Origin: Octopus vulgaris
Taxonomy: Eukaryota
Direction of reading: 5' to 3'
Assembly: GCA_951406725.2 (NCBI GenBank)
Contig: OX597818.1
Coordinates: forward strand, 48,856,001-48,920,000
DNA: 64,000 bases
The translations under genes and the position numbers were made by a program. Of this stretch, positions 11,638 through 24,902 are shown piece by piece; position 1 is the stretch's first letter; every line of letters starts with the position of its first letter. The notes below the pieces were generated by a model. That model was not told the origin of the DNA, did no database searches, and saw nothing but the letters and a program-made list of their open reading frames with translations.

Positions 11638-11959
11638 CAGCATTACTATTGGCACTACTACAACCTGAAGACTTGCATTGGGACCAATTTGTTCAGTCCT
11701 ACAGGCATTATGCCCAGATACCAAATGTCAACAGTATTTATATCTATAATATTACCATCATTAGTGTCACTACTTCACATAATATATCTTTTATTACTGT
11801 TTCAATATCTCCACAACCACATTGCCATTACTTTCACATACAGGTGTGTAAGGTATTTGAGGACATACCTTTTTTGGGTCATTTCTAGCATTTTTTGCTA
11901 ACTCTGTATAATCTTTGTTTCAGAAAATAGTAATAGCAGACCCTCAGATTATTCAAGAA

Positions 11960-12977
11960 ATGAAGAGGCATGCTGTTATTGTGGTTATAAAGGCTGGGCA
12001 TAGTTATTTAGAAATATCTCGAATTTTAAAAGTTGCCAGATCTTTTGTCTACAAAGATTGTAAGGAGCTAGAGACTGAAGATGGAAATGTATCACCAATA
12101 GCAAAGCATAAAAAGCATTCTAAACGCTCTGAAACCATCAGAACACCTGAACTTATCCAGCAAGTTCAACAGACCATTGATTACAATCCCAGAAAGTCCA
12201 TGAGGTCAATTGTAAAAGATCTCCATTTGACAGAAGGAACAGTCAGAAATGTTGTTCATGAAGACATCAGATATAAGTCTTATATGATGAGGAAAGGTCA
12301 ATTTGTCAGAAAAAGCAAAAGAAAACCACTACATCAGATCAAAAAGGGTCTTAAACAAACTGGAAAATCCAGCAGAAGATTTGATTTGGTTTTTCTCAAA
12401 TGAGTAAAACTTCAATAAAGATAAAAAAGTTAACGGAAGAAATGACAGATTGTTATGTGCAGACCCTTCTGAAATTGAAGTGTTATGCATACAAAATTTC
12501 CAGCAACTGTCATGGTTTTTGGGGTTGTCGGCAATGAAGGACATGTGATGCCGCCTTACTTCTTTCCACAAGGCCTTAGAGTTAACTCTGTTGCCTACAT
12601 TGAGGTCCTGGAAATAATTGTTAGGTCCTGGATAGACAGTGTATGCAATGGAAGGCCATATATGTCTCAACAAGACTCTGTACTATCACACATGGCTCTA
12701 GTAACTCAGGAATGGATGGCTGAAAATTTTCATGATCACATAACCCCTAACATTTGGCCTCCTAATTCCCCAGATCTCAATCCATGGGACTATTACATGT
12801 GGAGTGTTGTTGAAAGAGAGGTCAGTGAACAGACTCATAACACCAAAGATTCTTTGAAAGCTGCCATAGTCAGAGTAATGTCCAAAATGAACCAGGACCA
12901 CTTGATTTGAGCATGTAGATGATTTAGATCTCATATAGAAGCAGTTGTTGAAGCTGAAGGTGGCTTTAGTGAATAAC
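11960..12977 (+). pseudogene. DD37D transposase pseudogene (frameshift and stops)
   Basis: HTH N-terminus (ORF 11915-12403), WFFSNE*NF (a degenerate FSDEK), and QQD-x37-D ending at WPPNSPDLNPWDY (ORF 12485-12910). Confidence 0.85.
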
Positions 12978-13036
12978 ATTATAGAAAAGATTTATTTTTA
13001 TCCTCATAGCATTTTTTATTAAATAATCAAAACAAA

Positions 13037-13459
13037 TCAAAATAGATGAACATCAATGGAATTTGTATCTTTGTGGTACCAGTGCCGGTGGCACACAAGA
13101 AAATCATCCGAACGTGGCCGTAGCCAGTACCGCATAGACTGGCCTCCGTGCTTTGGGGACGTAACAAACACCATCCGATCGTGGCCGTCCGCCAGCCTCA
13201 TCTGGCACCTGTGTCGGTGGCACATAAAAACACCATCCGAGCGTGGCCGTCTGCCAGCCTCGTCTGGCACCTGTGTCGGTGGCACATAAAATCACCCACT
13301 ACACTCTCGGAGTGGTTGGCGTTAGGAAGGGCATCCAGCTGTAGAAACACTGCCAGATCTGACTGGCCTGGTGCAGCCTTCGGGCTCCCCAGACCCCAGT
13401 TGAACCGTCCAACCCATGCTAGCATGGAAAACGGACGCTAAATGATGATGATGATGATG
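13037..13459 (+). mobile_element. Family E element nested in the maT transposon
   Basis: ~59-bp tandem hairpin units followed by the common 3' end and (GAT)n. Confidence 0.85.
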
Positions 13460-13913
13460 AAAGTTAATATCTGTTATTATGTATCTGTTTTTTTTTCATA
13501 AACATTAATCTGTCCTCAAATATCTCACACACCCTGTATATATCTTTTATTTTTTTCAGTCATTGGGCTGTGATCATGCTAGGACATTGCATTGAATGGT
13601 CTTATTCAAACAAATCAACCCCATTGCTTGTTATTTTTAAGTCTTATTCTATAGGTCTCTTTTGCTGAACTAGTTGTCAAGTGGTGGTGGTAGACAAACA
13701 CAAATATACGCATCTGTGTGTGTGCGCATGCGTGTGTGTATGTGTAGTATGTGTGTATGTCTGTGATGGTCTTCCACACATTTCTGTCTACTAAATTCAT
13801 TCATAAAGGATGGGTCAGTATGGGGATCACTGATTATATTTTCACTGATAACCTTTGTAATTTAACTAACGATCTATTTGATATTTTATATTTTCCTATC
13901 AATTTATTTATCA

Positions 13914-13914
<1 letters not shown>

Positions 13915-13952
<38 letters not shown>

Positions 13953-14425
13953 GATGTTGCACTGTATATAATATCGTGAGGTTGTTGATTAAAGATATTG
14001 TATCTACCGGGGGGGTTTGTACTGTTTGTCAAGTCACAACAAGAACCTCAGACAGACAGTACTTTACACAATATGCGTGCAGTTCCAAGTAATGCCGACT
14101 TTTGCAGTACATCTAGATTGTAGGGTATCTCTAAGGTTTTCAGATGTTTTTTTCAGATTGGGTGGTATTGAACCCAATGCTCCGATGACAATAGGGATAA
14201 CCTTTATGTTTGACTCTCATAGCTGCCACATCTTAGCAATTTCAATTCTCAGGTCTCCATATTCATCAACTTTTTCTCTTCCTTTCACAATGATATGTTG
14301 ATCTTCTGGCACTGTTACGTCGATTATTAGGCACTCTTGTTTGTCCCTCTTAAAGGTTACTATATCCGGCCTTCGGTGCTTTAAACACTTTGTCTGGAAA
14401 TCAAAGTCTCAGAGGATTTTTGCCC
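13915..14425 (-). mobile_element. R4/Dong-clade LINE 3' fragment (RLE domain) with (TAA)n tail
   Basis: Minus-strand translation HRRPDIV..CLIIDVTVP..EKVDEYGDLRIEIAKMW..VIPIVIGALG; ends at (TTA)n 13915-13950. Confidence 0.85.
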
Positions 14426-14434
14426 ATTATTATT

Positions 14435-14650
14435 AAGGTGGCAAGCTGGCAGAATCGTTAGCACGCTGGACAAAATGCTTAGCAGTATTTCACTTGTCAC
14501 TACATTCTGAGTTCATATTCTGCCAGAGTCAGCTTTGCCTTTTCGTCCTTTCGGGATTGTTAAATTAAGTAGCAGTGAAACACTGGGCATTGATGTAATC
14601 GGCAAGTCCCCTCCCCCAAAATTTCAGGCCTTGTGCCTATAGTAGAAAGG
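14435..14650 (+). mobile_element. SINE family B
   Basis: Head, core and tail similarity to other copies. Confidence 0.8.
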
Positions 14651-15099
14651 ACTATTATTCTCATTATATCATCTTCTTTCAATTCTGTTTCCATTCCTTG
14701 CCAGGTATCTTCCTGACACCTAGGGCAGAGAAACTCATAGTATACATTGGTAAACCATTAAAATAAATACATCAGATTGTTCATTTACAAAGTCATGTGA
14801 TAGAGAAAAAGGGGAAGAAAGACAGAGAGAAAAAGGAACAAAAAATAAGAAGGTAGAATTTATGGTGGTAGCTGGTTACAACTTGTAACCTTGCTTATCC
14901 ACAAACTTTCAATAGTCTTTCAAATGCTTAAAACCCACCTGATAATCTTTCCTGCCACTAAGAGGTAAACTTTTTGTAGAAGCTCTACAGGACATTCTGT
15001 TCCAGTTTCCTTCACCCATTTGTCTATATTTTTTCTCACAGTTCCCAATGCACCAATTATTACAAGCATAACCTTTAACAGTGTTCATACACAAAATTC

Positions 15100-16100
15100 T
15101 TGCAATTTCAAATTTTAAGGGATTGTATTTTTAAAAATTTTTCTTCTTTCTTTACAATCCTGGAATCAATTAGTAAGCAACTTTACTTTTCCCTGTCTAT
15201 TATTCTTATGTCTGGTTTATTGTTTTCTAGCTTCTTATCCATTTGAATAGGAAAATCTCATAAAATCTTGCATTTCTCCAAGTCAAGCACACTTTCAGCC
15301 TTATGATCATACCATGTAATTCCAACTTCAAACCCCATTTCTGACAAAGCCTCCAGTGTAAAACGTTCACAACTTAGTCATGTCTCCATTTCTTATATTC
15401 TACCTGGGCCTCTGCAACAGTGTGTGCCATTGTTTCATCCCAAATTCCACACGCTCTACCTTCTCCCCATACACGTATTTTCTCAAGTTATTTGTTTTTA
15501 ACATTTAATCTTGAGCTCTCTGTCTCTTTTTTTTTTAATTGCCCTTTTTTCCAGATTTTTGTTCCACGTACATCTTCAGTGGCTTTCCAAAACTGATCAT
15601 GCAAAGGTTTTTCTTCAATTTGTTTAACATGCCCTCTTTGAATATCATTCTTGTCCTTTTCTCCTATTTCTCACTTGATCATCTGTTTCTTACTCACTAC
15701 CTTTAGTAATTTCTCTGTGCTGTTCTGTAAATATTCTAGTAGCCCTTTTCTTTCCATCTGTACACACTCTTCCACAGCAATTAAGCTTCTTCCAACTTGG
15801 TCTCTCTTCAAGTACAAGTTCATATCAGCCTTTGGATGGTGGGCTCCATACATTGTCAACAGCTTTCTAGTTTTTCTGTCAGATTTCTGATCCAATCTAC
15901 AATTCCGACTCCATATCTGATTACGGATACTACTCTCATATTTATTGCTCCAATAGCATATTTTTAAATTCAGCTTTGACTGTAATATTCTTCTCACCCT
16001 GGTAATTTGTTTTATATCTTCATATTTCATTTCATCTGCCTCCAGCATCCCCAAATACTTATACCACTGTCCTTTCTCAACTACTTTGTTTGCCCATTTG
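15100..16100 (-). mobile_element. R4/Dong-clade LINE fragment (RT thumb to RLE), decayed
   Basis: YKYLGMLEAD..ILQSKLN..DRKTRKLLTMYGAHHPKAD..LYLKRDQVGRSL; KPDIRIID lies downstream. Confidence 0.8.
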
Positions 16101-16883
16101 GCAATACCTCACCACACGGAATAGAAACCAGATGTTCAGATAAGCAGCCTTGTTTTCCAACCTAGCACACATCCAAAACCATTTTTTCAACACAAATTAT
16201 TATAATTAATTTATTATTTCATTTCATTATCTATGTAAACACAGTTTTATCTTCCATGCTTAGAGAAAAAAAAACTTAAGACCCCTTCACTCAAATCCTA
16301 CTCTCCCTCTTTTTCACGCTCATTTGTTATTGTCATTTATTTATTCATTTATCTAATTTTGTCACAGTCTGGCTGACCGAAAAGTGTTGGTTATAGATCT
16401 AGTTAAGAATTCAAATGCCCAATTCTATCTCATTATTATCATTAATATTCTCTTCACACCAGCAGCCTGAGTTTTTGCTGTTTTGTAATGCCCAATTCTA
16501 TCTCATTATCAGAATTACTATTCTTTCACTCTGGCAGCAGAAATGTTAAACCCATTTGTTCATTTATGTTATCCTAAATTCCAAAATTCCGTCTCCTCAT
16601 GTTCTGTCTTTGACCAGCCTAACTCTGGTCTCTCTCTCTTCCTCTCTTTCAGTTTCGTTAACCACTTGCTTCTCCCAACACTTTACATCCGCTCCCTCAC
16701 CCCACCCCACCCTATTTAAACTAGCTCATTCAAATTTCCCTACCTCATATTTTAATACCTACCCCATGGAGTAGAAACCAGATGTTCAAATTAGCAGCCG
16801 GCTGGCTCGCCAGTCCTCAGTCAAATTGTCCAATCTATGCCAGCATGGAAAGCAGATGTTAAACGACGATGATGATGAATGTT

Positions 16884-17100
16884 AAGGCGGCGAACTGGCA
16901 GAATCGTTAGCACACTGAGCGAAATGGTTGGTTGTATTTTGTCTGTTGCTATGTTCTGAGTTCAAGTTCCTCTGAGGTTTACTTTGCCTTTCATTCATTT
17001 GGGGTTGATAAATTAAGTACCAGTCAAGTACTGGGGTCAATGTTAGCGATTGTCCCTCACCCCACAAAAATCCAGGCCTTGTATCTATAGTAGAAATGAT
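16884..17100 (+). mobile_element. SINE family B
   Basis: AAGGCGGCGAACTGGCAGAATCGTTAGC head and core. Confidence 0.8.
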
Positions 17101-17160
17101 TATTATTATTATTATTATTGAGTGACACTAGGGTAAAATATATAAAGCCAAATATATAAA

Positions 17161-17350
17161 GCAGGTGGCACGTAAAAAACACCCACTACACTCGCGGAGT
17201 GGTTGGCGTTAGGAAGGGCATCCAGCCGTAGAAACACTGCCAAATCTGACTGGGCCTGATGAAGCCTTCCGGCTTCACAGACCCCAGTTAAACCGTCCAA
17301 CCCATGCTAGCATGGAAAACGGACGCTAAATGATGATGATGATGATGATG
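17161..17350 (+). mobile_element. Family E element (3' part)
   Basis: Common 3' end and (GAT)n tail. Confidence 0.85.
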
Positions 17351-17789
17351 AAATACACCCATCATGTCTACCTGTCTGATAAGGGTACACCAGGCACGTG
17401 CGTTATAACCATATGTACACAACATGGTGATCTTATATGAAGATAAACAGCACATGTCCTTGCAGGTGGAGCCCAACATTTGATTGTTTCAGAAGGTGTA
17501 TGCATTATTATATGCTCTTTTGTTGTTTTTGTTGGGAGAGTGCAGACTTTTCGCTGTATTGTATTTGCATCTGTTTGTTTTGTTATGGAGTTTGGTTGCA
17601 GTCTTTTGTTGTATTAGGGTTTGCATTGTGCATTGTGCGTAATGCGAGTTGTGTTCTGTTAGATATCCAGCCTATAGACTACATGTTGTGGGAATTGTTT
17701 ATGTTATTGAATATTTACTGTATAGAGTGTGCCTTGTGTTTGTGTATTTTTTTTATTATTTGGGTTGTACTATTGAATTGATAGTCTTG

Positions 17790-18890
17790 CATACGATGTG
17801 GACTGTTCCTAACGGGTCTATTTTTGGGATAGTGTCTAGTATTGAAGGTCCAGGTTTAGCTTCTATGTTTTTGTTCATACATTTTTTTATCATAAAATCA
17901 AAAATCAAAATCAAATTTGATGGCTGGTGTCCGTGCTAGCGGGGTGCAAAGAGCACCATATGAGCGTGATCATTGACAGAGCGGCTAACTGGCTTCCGTG
18001 CCAGTGGCACTTAAAAGGCACCATTCGAGCATGATCGTTACCAGTGTTGCCTTAAAGAGCACCATCCGAGCGTGATTGTTGCCAGAGCGGATATCTGGCA
18101 TCCATGCCGGTGGCACGTAAAAGACACCATTCAAGCGTGATCGTTACCATCATCGCCTTACTGGCACCTGTGCCGGTGACATGTGTAAAAGATTCGAGTG
18201 AGGTCTTTCCCAGTACCGCCTACATTCTCGGAGTGGTTGGCGTTAGGAAGGGCATCCAGCTGTAGAAACTCTGCCAGATCAAGATTGAAGCCTGGTGCAG
18301 CCATCTGGTTCGCCAGCCCTCAGTCAAAATCGTCCAACCCATGCTAGCATGGAAAGCGGACATTAAACGATGATGATGATGATTTTTTTATCATACCCAA
18401 TGCTGCAATTGTTACTGATATTGTCTTCACCTTTGTGCCCCATGTCTTGAATACTTCAATTTTGAGGTCTTTGTACTTGACAGTTTCTCCACTTATTTTT
18501 GGGCAATATTTCAGTCAGAAGGGATTGCGATGTCTATCAGTAAGCAGGTATTTTTTTTCCCCCAATCCTTGATTGTTATGTCTGGAAGATTAGCTTTTGT
18601 TTCTCTATCAATTTGAACAGGCACATCCCAGATGATTGTGGCCTGGTCATTGTCTTGTACCTTGTTTGGCATATTTCTATCCTATTTTTTGTCAGTTTTT
18701 ATGTTGTAGTGTTGGCATATTGTCCAGTGGATATAACTACAGCCAGAGATAATGTGGTCAACCGTTTCACTGTGCTGGTTACACATTCTGCATTTGGTGT
18801 TAGGGCCTGTTTTCATTATTTTGCTTCTATAGTTGTTTGTGGTCAGGCATTGGTTTTGTATAGCAAGAATTAGTCCGTCTGTATCATTAT
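17790..18890 (-). mobile_element. R4/Dong-clade LINE 3' fragment (zinc knuckle plus RLE), split by a family E insertion
   Basis: KCRMCNQHSETVDHIISGC zinc knuckle; LPDITIKD..LIDIAIPSD..KYKDLKIEV. Confidence 0.85.
17895..18381 (+). mobile_element. Family E element with 14-bp TSD
   Basis: TSD ATTTTTTTATCATA at 17881-17894 and 18382-18395. Confidence 0.9.
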
Positions 18891-19029
18891 TAAGGCGGTG
18901 AGCTGGCAGAATTATTAGTACACTGGGCAAAACGCTTAATGGCATTTTGTCTCTGTCTTTCATCCTTTCAGGGTTGATAAATTAAGTACCAGTGAAGCAC
19001 TGGGGTTGATGTAATCAACTAGTCCCCTC

Positions 19030-19080
<51 letters not shown>

Positions 19081-19227
19081 TTGGTGTTAGGAAGGGCATC
19101 CAGCCATAGACTCTATACCACAACAGACAATTAGAGTTTTGATATCTCCCAGCTGGCCAGCTCCATGTCAAACTGTCCAATCCATGCCAACATGGAAAGT
19201 GGACGGTAAATGATGATGATGATGATG

Positions 19228-19278
<51 letters not shown>

Positions 19279-19457
19279 TATATAATTTCAATATGGAGTA
19301 AATAATTCAGGAGAAAAATATTTGCAAAGATATTATTGACTCTATTATTATCTAATGTAACAATTAAAGATGATAATAACAGAATGAATAATATAGGCAA
19401 TTGCAGCCCCCCACCCAAAGCATTAAATAAGCTTAAGGATTAAAATTAATCAAAGGA

Positions 19458-19874
<417 letters not shown>

Positions 19875-20372
19875 AAGTAGTAGATCTGTAACTATTGATT
19901 AAGCCTCTTCATCTTGATAGCTGCAGAGGGTGCTGGTACCTGAGGTGGCTGTTCAGGCCAAGGGTCATATAGAAGAACCAGAGGCATTCTTCTTCTTATT
20001 CTTGCTACCACTGTAGTGAGTCACCAGTTCCCACAGTAAGCCAGCCAGGTAAAAGAGTGGTGTCCAATGTTTATCCCCTTCTTTTCTTGGGGCTTCCCTG
20101 TATGGGGTGGGTTGCAGTGATCCTGAATAATGTGTTTTTGTGTTTGTTCCCACCACTACCCGAGAACTGATGTTTATGGCCTGCCGTAACTTAGTGGTTT
20201 GACAAAAAGAGACCATTAGGATAAATACCAGGTTTCAAAATAAGTGTTGGGCATCGAATTGTTCAACTGAACCCTTTGAAACAGTGCCCCAGCATGGCCA
20301 AAGTCCAATGACTGACACAAGTAAAAGATAAAAGATATCATAATTATATATCTTTATATTATTTATTCATTC

Positions 20373-20560
20373 AAGGCAGCGAGCTGGCAGAATCGTTAGC
20401 ATGCTAGGCAAAATTTTTAGCAGTATTTCATCTGTCTTTACATTCTGAGTTCAAATTCCGCTGAGGTTGACAAATCAAGTACCAGCTGCATACTGGGTCG
20501 AATTAATCAACTGGCCCCCTCCCCCAAAATTTTGAGCCTTGTACTTAGAGTAGAAAAGAA
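20373..20560 (+). mobile_element. SINE family B with internal deletion
   Basis: Head and tail present; core partly deleted. Confidence 0.75.
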
Positions 20561-20713
20561 TATTATTTATTCATTTATTCATCTATTTATTTTATTTTGT
20601 TTGTTTCCTCTTTGCCTCAGATTTTACCTGTTTAATTTTTATATATGTTTGTCTATATATATGTATATATCTTTATATGTGTGTGTGTGGGGGGGTGAGT
20701 ATATATATCTTTT

Positions 20714-20913
20714 TATTCTTTTACTTGTTTCAGTCATTTGACTGTGGCCATGCTGGAGCACCGTCTTTAGTCGAACAAATCGACCCCTGGACTTATTCTT
20801 TGTAAACCTAGTAATTATTCTATCAGTCTCTTTTGCCGAACTGCTCAGTTACAGGAACATAAACATACCAATATCGGTTGTCAAGTAATAGTAGCAGGGG
20901 CAACAAACACGGA

Positions 20914-20963
<50 letters not shown>

Positions 20964-21563
20964 TATATAAAAATAATAATGAATGGCACCACAAGAAACG
21001 ACAGGCTTCTTTCAGTTTCTGTCTACCAAATCCACTCACTTTGGTTGGCCCGAGGTTATAGTAGAAGACACTTAACCAAGATGCCATGCAGTGGGACTGA
21101 ACCCGGAACCATGTGGTTGGGAAGCAAGCTTCTTACCACAGACACACTGTGCTTATTACTTGTTTTACTTGCTTTACTTGTTTCAGTCATTTGACTGCGG
21201 CCATGCTGGAGCACCGCCTTCAATCGAGCAACTCAACCCCGGGACTTATTCTTTTGTAAGCCCAGTACTTATTCTATCGGTCTCTTTTGCCGAACCGCTA
21301 AGTGACGGGGACGCAAACAAACCAGCATCGGTTGTCAAGCAATGCTAGGGGGACAAACACATACACACACAAACAAACATACACACACATACATATATAC
21401 GACAGGCTTCTTTCAGTTTCCGTCTACCAAATCCACTCACAAGGCATTGGTCGGCCCGAGGCTATAGCAGAAGACACTTGCCCAAGATGCCACGCAGTGG
21501 GACTGAACCCGGAACCATGTGGTCGGTTAGCTAGCTACTTACCACACAGCCACTCTTGCACCT
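20714..21563 (-). mobile_element. Two tandem SINE family A copies (20714-21153, 21173-21563)
   Basis: Colinear with the reverse complement of 2205-2594. Confidence 0.9.
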
Positions 21564-22310
21564 ATATATTTATATGTTGATGGTCTTGTTCTCATTGTAG
21601 AATTCTAGAGGATTACTGAGGTTTAACTACTGAAGTTGTTGATCAAATTGTAAAGGTTAAAGGTGAACACTGATATGTTCTTACATCACCAGTTAGTGTA
21701 AGTGCTTGCATAATGAACTGGCAGCATCATTATAGCATCAGGAAAATTGCCTGGTGGTATTTGTTCTGGCTTTTTAGGTTCCGAGTTCAAATCCAACCAA
21801 GGTCAACTTTGCATTTTATTCTTCCAGGATTCAATAAAATAAAGTACCTGTCAGGTACCGGGGGCCAGTGTAATCGACTATTCTATTCCCTCAAAATTGC
21901 TGGCCTCATGCCTAAATTAGAAGCTGTTAATTAGTGGATGAGTTATGTAGAAAATAATAAGGTATGCGGTATGAAACTAGTTACTGGGTGCCGTGGGAGA
22001 TGTGCTATTTCAAGTAAAATGACAATAAACCTTTATGAGACGTGCACTGGCATACTGAACAAAACATTTCATTCAAATGTTATAACAGGATCTGTTTAAA
22101 TGCTATTTCTGAATATAGCTTACTAGAAATAATTGTTGGCTTCCTGATCTATAAGCCCATATGATATTGTTACAATGTTATCCTGTCCTTGGAGGTAAAC
22201 GTAACATTTTTATTCTGCTCATTATAATTAGAGCAGTTTTGACAGTTAAAAATATTTCTTAATATGAATGAGGAATGTTGGAAAGACGTTATAAATAAAT
22301 TTTAAATAAA

Positions 22311-22523
22311 TTTTACTTGTTTCAGTCATTTGACTGCGGCCATGCTGGAGCACCGCCTTTAGTCGAGCAAATCGACCCCGGGACTTATTCTTTGTAAGCC
22401 TAGTACTTATTCTATCGGTCTCTTTTGCCGAACCGCTAAGTGACGGGGACGTAAACATACCAGCATCGGTTGTCAAGCAATGCTAGAGGGACAAACACAG
22501 ACACACAAACATATACACACACA

Positions 22524-22577
<54 letters not shown>

Positions 22578-22622
22578 TACGACAGGCTTCTTTCAGTTTC
22601 CGTCTACCAAATCCACTCACAA
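22311..22622 (-). mobile_element. SINE family A, 5'-truncated
   Basis: Tail and body only. Confidence 0.85.
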
Positions 22623-22969
22623 TATGTAATCAGAAAATTGAAGTAGTTGATGTTTAGTCCTTGGTAAACCCTGATCAAGCAAACCTATGATCAAAGGCAT
22701 TCTGGCTGTGAGCTTTCTGTCTTTTTAGGCAGTTTCCAGCACTATATAATCCAATGTGCTTTTCCCTTATACTAACTTGGGACAGGGAGGTGCGAGTTTT
22801 GTTCCTTGTTAGTTGTCCACATAGAGGCTCTGTCAGCTTGCATAATAAGAGAATGCTTTGGATTGAATGTTTACATGATATTTCTACTTCTAAGCTGATT
22901 ATTAACCTCATCTTTTACGTTTTTATTCCTATATTTTGCTAGAATGTTCTCTAATTGTCATCTGCCTCA

Positions 22970-23333
22970 TCTCTCTATATATAAATGGCAAAATGTCTGT
23001 CTGTGTGTATGTCCTTTATACAAATCCATAATTTTTCAGTTAGAGGGCTTGCACTTTCTATGGTCATTCAAAACCGTCCAAGGGTGGTCGTGCACATCTT
23101 TACATTTCCCCAGTTACCCCGCAAAGCCATTAAAAAATCAATAGAAGTGACTTTTTTGTGAATTTTCTATCCAAAACCCAATCAAAATGCCCGAAACTTG
23201 ATACGCCAATTGAATGCCAGCTAGCTGTATGTGATTGGTCAGAGATTTGGACAGTACTCGCGTGTATGTACGCACGCAGCTGTATATGCATGCACTAGCA
23301 CTATGACCCGGCAACGCTGGGTCATAGTGCTAG
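22970..23333 (+). mobile_element. Non-autonomous Helitron-like element
   Basis: A|TC 5' end, CTAG|T 3' end, subterminal hairpin GACCCGGCAACGCTGGGTC, no TSD. Confidence 0.75.
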
Positions 23334-23906
23334 TTTCTGTATAAATCTTCAAATGTTCTATTAATGTATTAGTAGAAACTCACCTTTATGATGATGCTGA
23401 GCTAGTTTATGCTTTAGATATATTCATTAAAGTGGGTTTTATTCAGATTAACAGTTGATTGTCATTAAACAGACATTTGGTTTGGAAGAAACTGAGTACT
23501 TGGAGTCCAACTTTTATTTCAGCGCACTCAATACACCATACTTTAGTCCGGTTCTATAAATACTTGGAACATATTTTTTCATGTGTTTATGGTCATATGA
23601 AATATATTATATCAGTTGAGACTTCTATCTACTTCACTATTAAAGCTGTTTTATTATATCTAGAGGCAGCTGTGATGTTTGAAGCAGAGAAGGACATAGT
23701 AAAATCCAATCATTACACGACAAAGTTGAATCCTTAAGGCTTATTTTGGTTTAGTCCTGTGAGCAGAAGTCAGTTTTCAACTATTCTGATATTTATGTGT
23801 TTTGTACATGTTAGGAATAAGTTGGAGAGATAGCGTTGTTGTAGTGTTTTTATGTGGGAAGTGTCTGGTACCTTGCAAAACTTTCCTGTACTGGGAGATA
23901 GGAATG

Positions 23907-24332
23907 TTACTCTTTACTCTTTTACTTGTTTCAGTCATTTAGCTGTGGCCATGCTGGAGCACCGCCTTTTTTTTTTAGTCATGCAAATCGACTCCAGTAC
24001 TTATTCTTTGTAAGCCTAGTACTTATTCTATTGGTCTTTTTGCCAAACCGCTAAGTTACAGGGACGTAAACACACCAGCATCGATTGTCAAGTGATGTTG
24101 GGGGGACAAACACAAACACACAAACATATACACACACACACACACATATATATATACATACATATATACGACAGGCTTCTTTCAGTTTCCGTCTACCAAA
24201 TCCACTCACAAGGCTTTGGTCGGCCCATGGCTATAGTAGAAGACACTTGCCCAAGGTGCCACGCAGTGGGACTGAACCCGGAACCATGTGGTTTGTAAGC
24301 AAGCTACTTACCACACAGCCACTCCTGCACCT
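23907..24332 (-). mobile_element. SINE family A
   Basis: Full-length similarity. Confidence 0.9.
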
Positions 24333-24902
24333 GTTGGATAAGTTTAATGTGAGTAATGTTCAGTTAAAACTTTTAAAATACAACTTTAGAGGAGGGATAG
24401 ATAGGTAGTGTATTTATTACAGTCTGGTAAGGGTTAGAGTCTCTTAAAGTCTAATTAATGTCTTATGTAATTTCCATTGAAATCTCATCAGTTAATTTAT
24501 AGTGCATAGTATCTACAGTCCAAAACTAGATATAATAAATAAAGCGATTCTTTATTGTTATTTTTGTATAAGGTTGGTAATGAAGCGGATGAAATACTTT
24601 TGTTGGTAGTAGCATATTGCTAATAAGTTCATAGAAGAGAAAGATTATTGTCGTAGTTAAGGATATAAAAAGCTTAGACTGACGCAACACAATAGCAATC
24701 AGTTCTGTACTGAAATGTTCTCTGACTGGAGAAACAAACCTGAATGCTGTTATGTAATCATATTTGTAAGCAGTCGTCATGAGATCACCTGAGAGTATAA
24801 ATCCTAGCACTTTTTGGGGCGTGCGATAGTTTTAGTCTCTGTTTTTCATGAATAACGAATGGATAATATTGCACTCACACACACACACACACACATATTT
24901 CT

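Larger units (their letters stand above)
11841..13536 (+). mobile_element. Full-length decayed DD37D (maT family) DNA transposon
   Basis: TA TSDs and TIRs CAGGTGTGTAAGGTATTTGAGGACA / TGTCCTCAAATATCTCACACACCCTG. Family E is inserted at 13037-13459. Confidence 0.9.

Noticed and set aside
13078-13290. CRISPR-like repeat/spacer appearance of the family E arrays
   Set aside because: The context is eukaryotic with no cas genes. The variable parts are short hairpin loops reused between copies, and the arrays sit in TSD-flanked retroelements.
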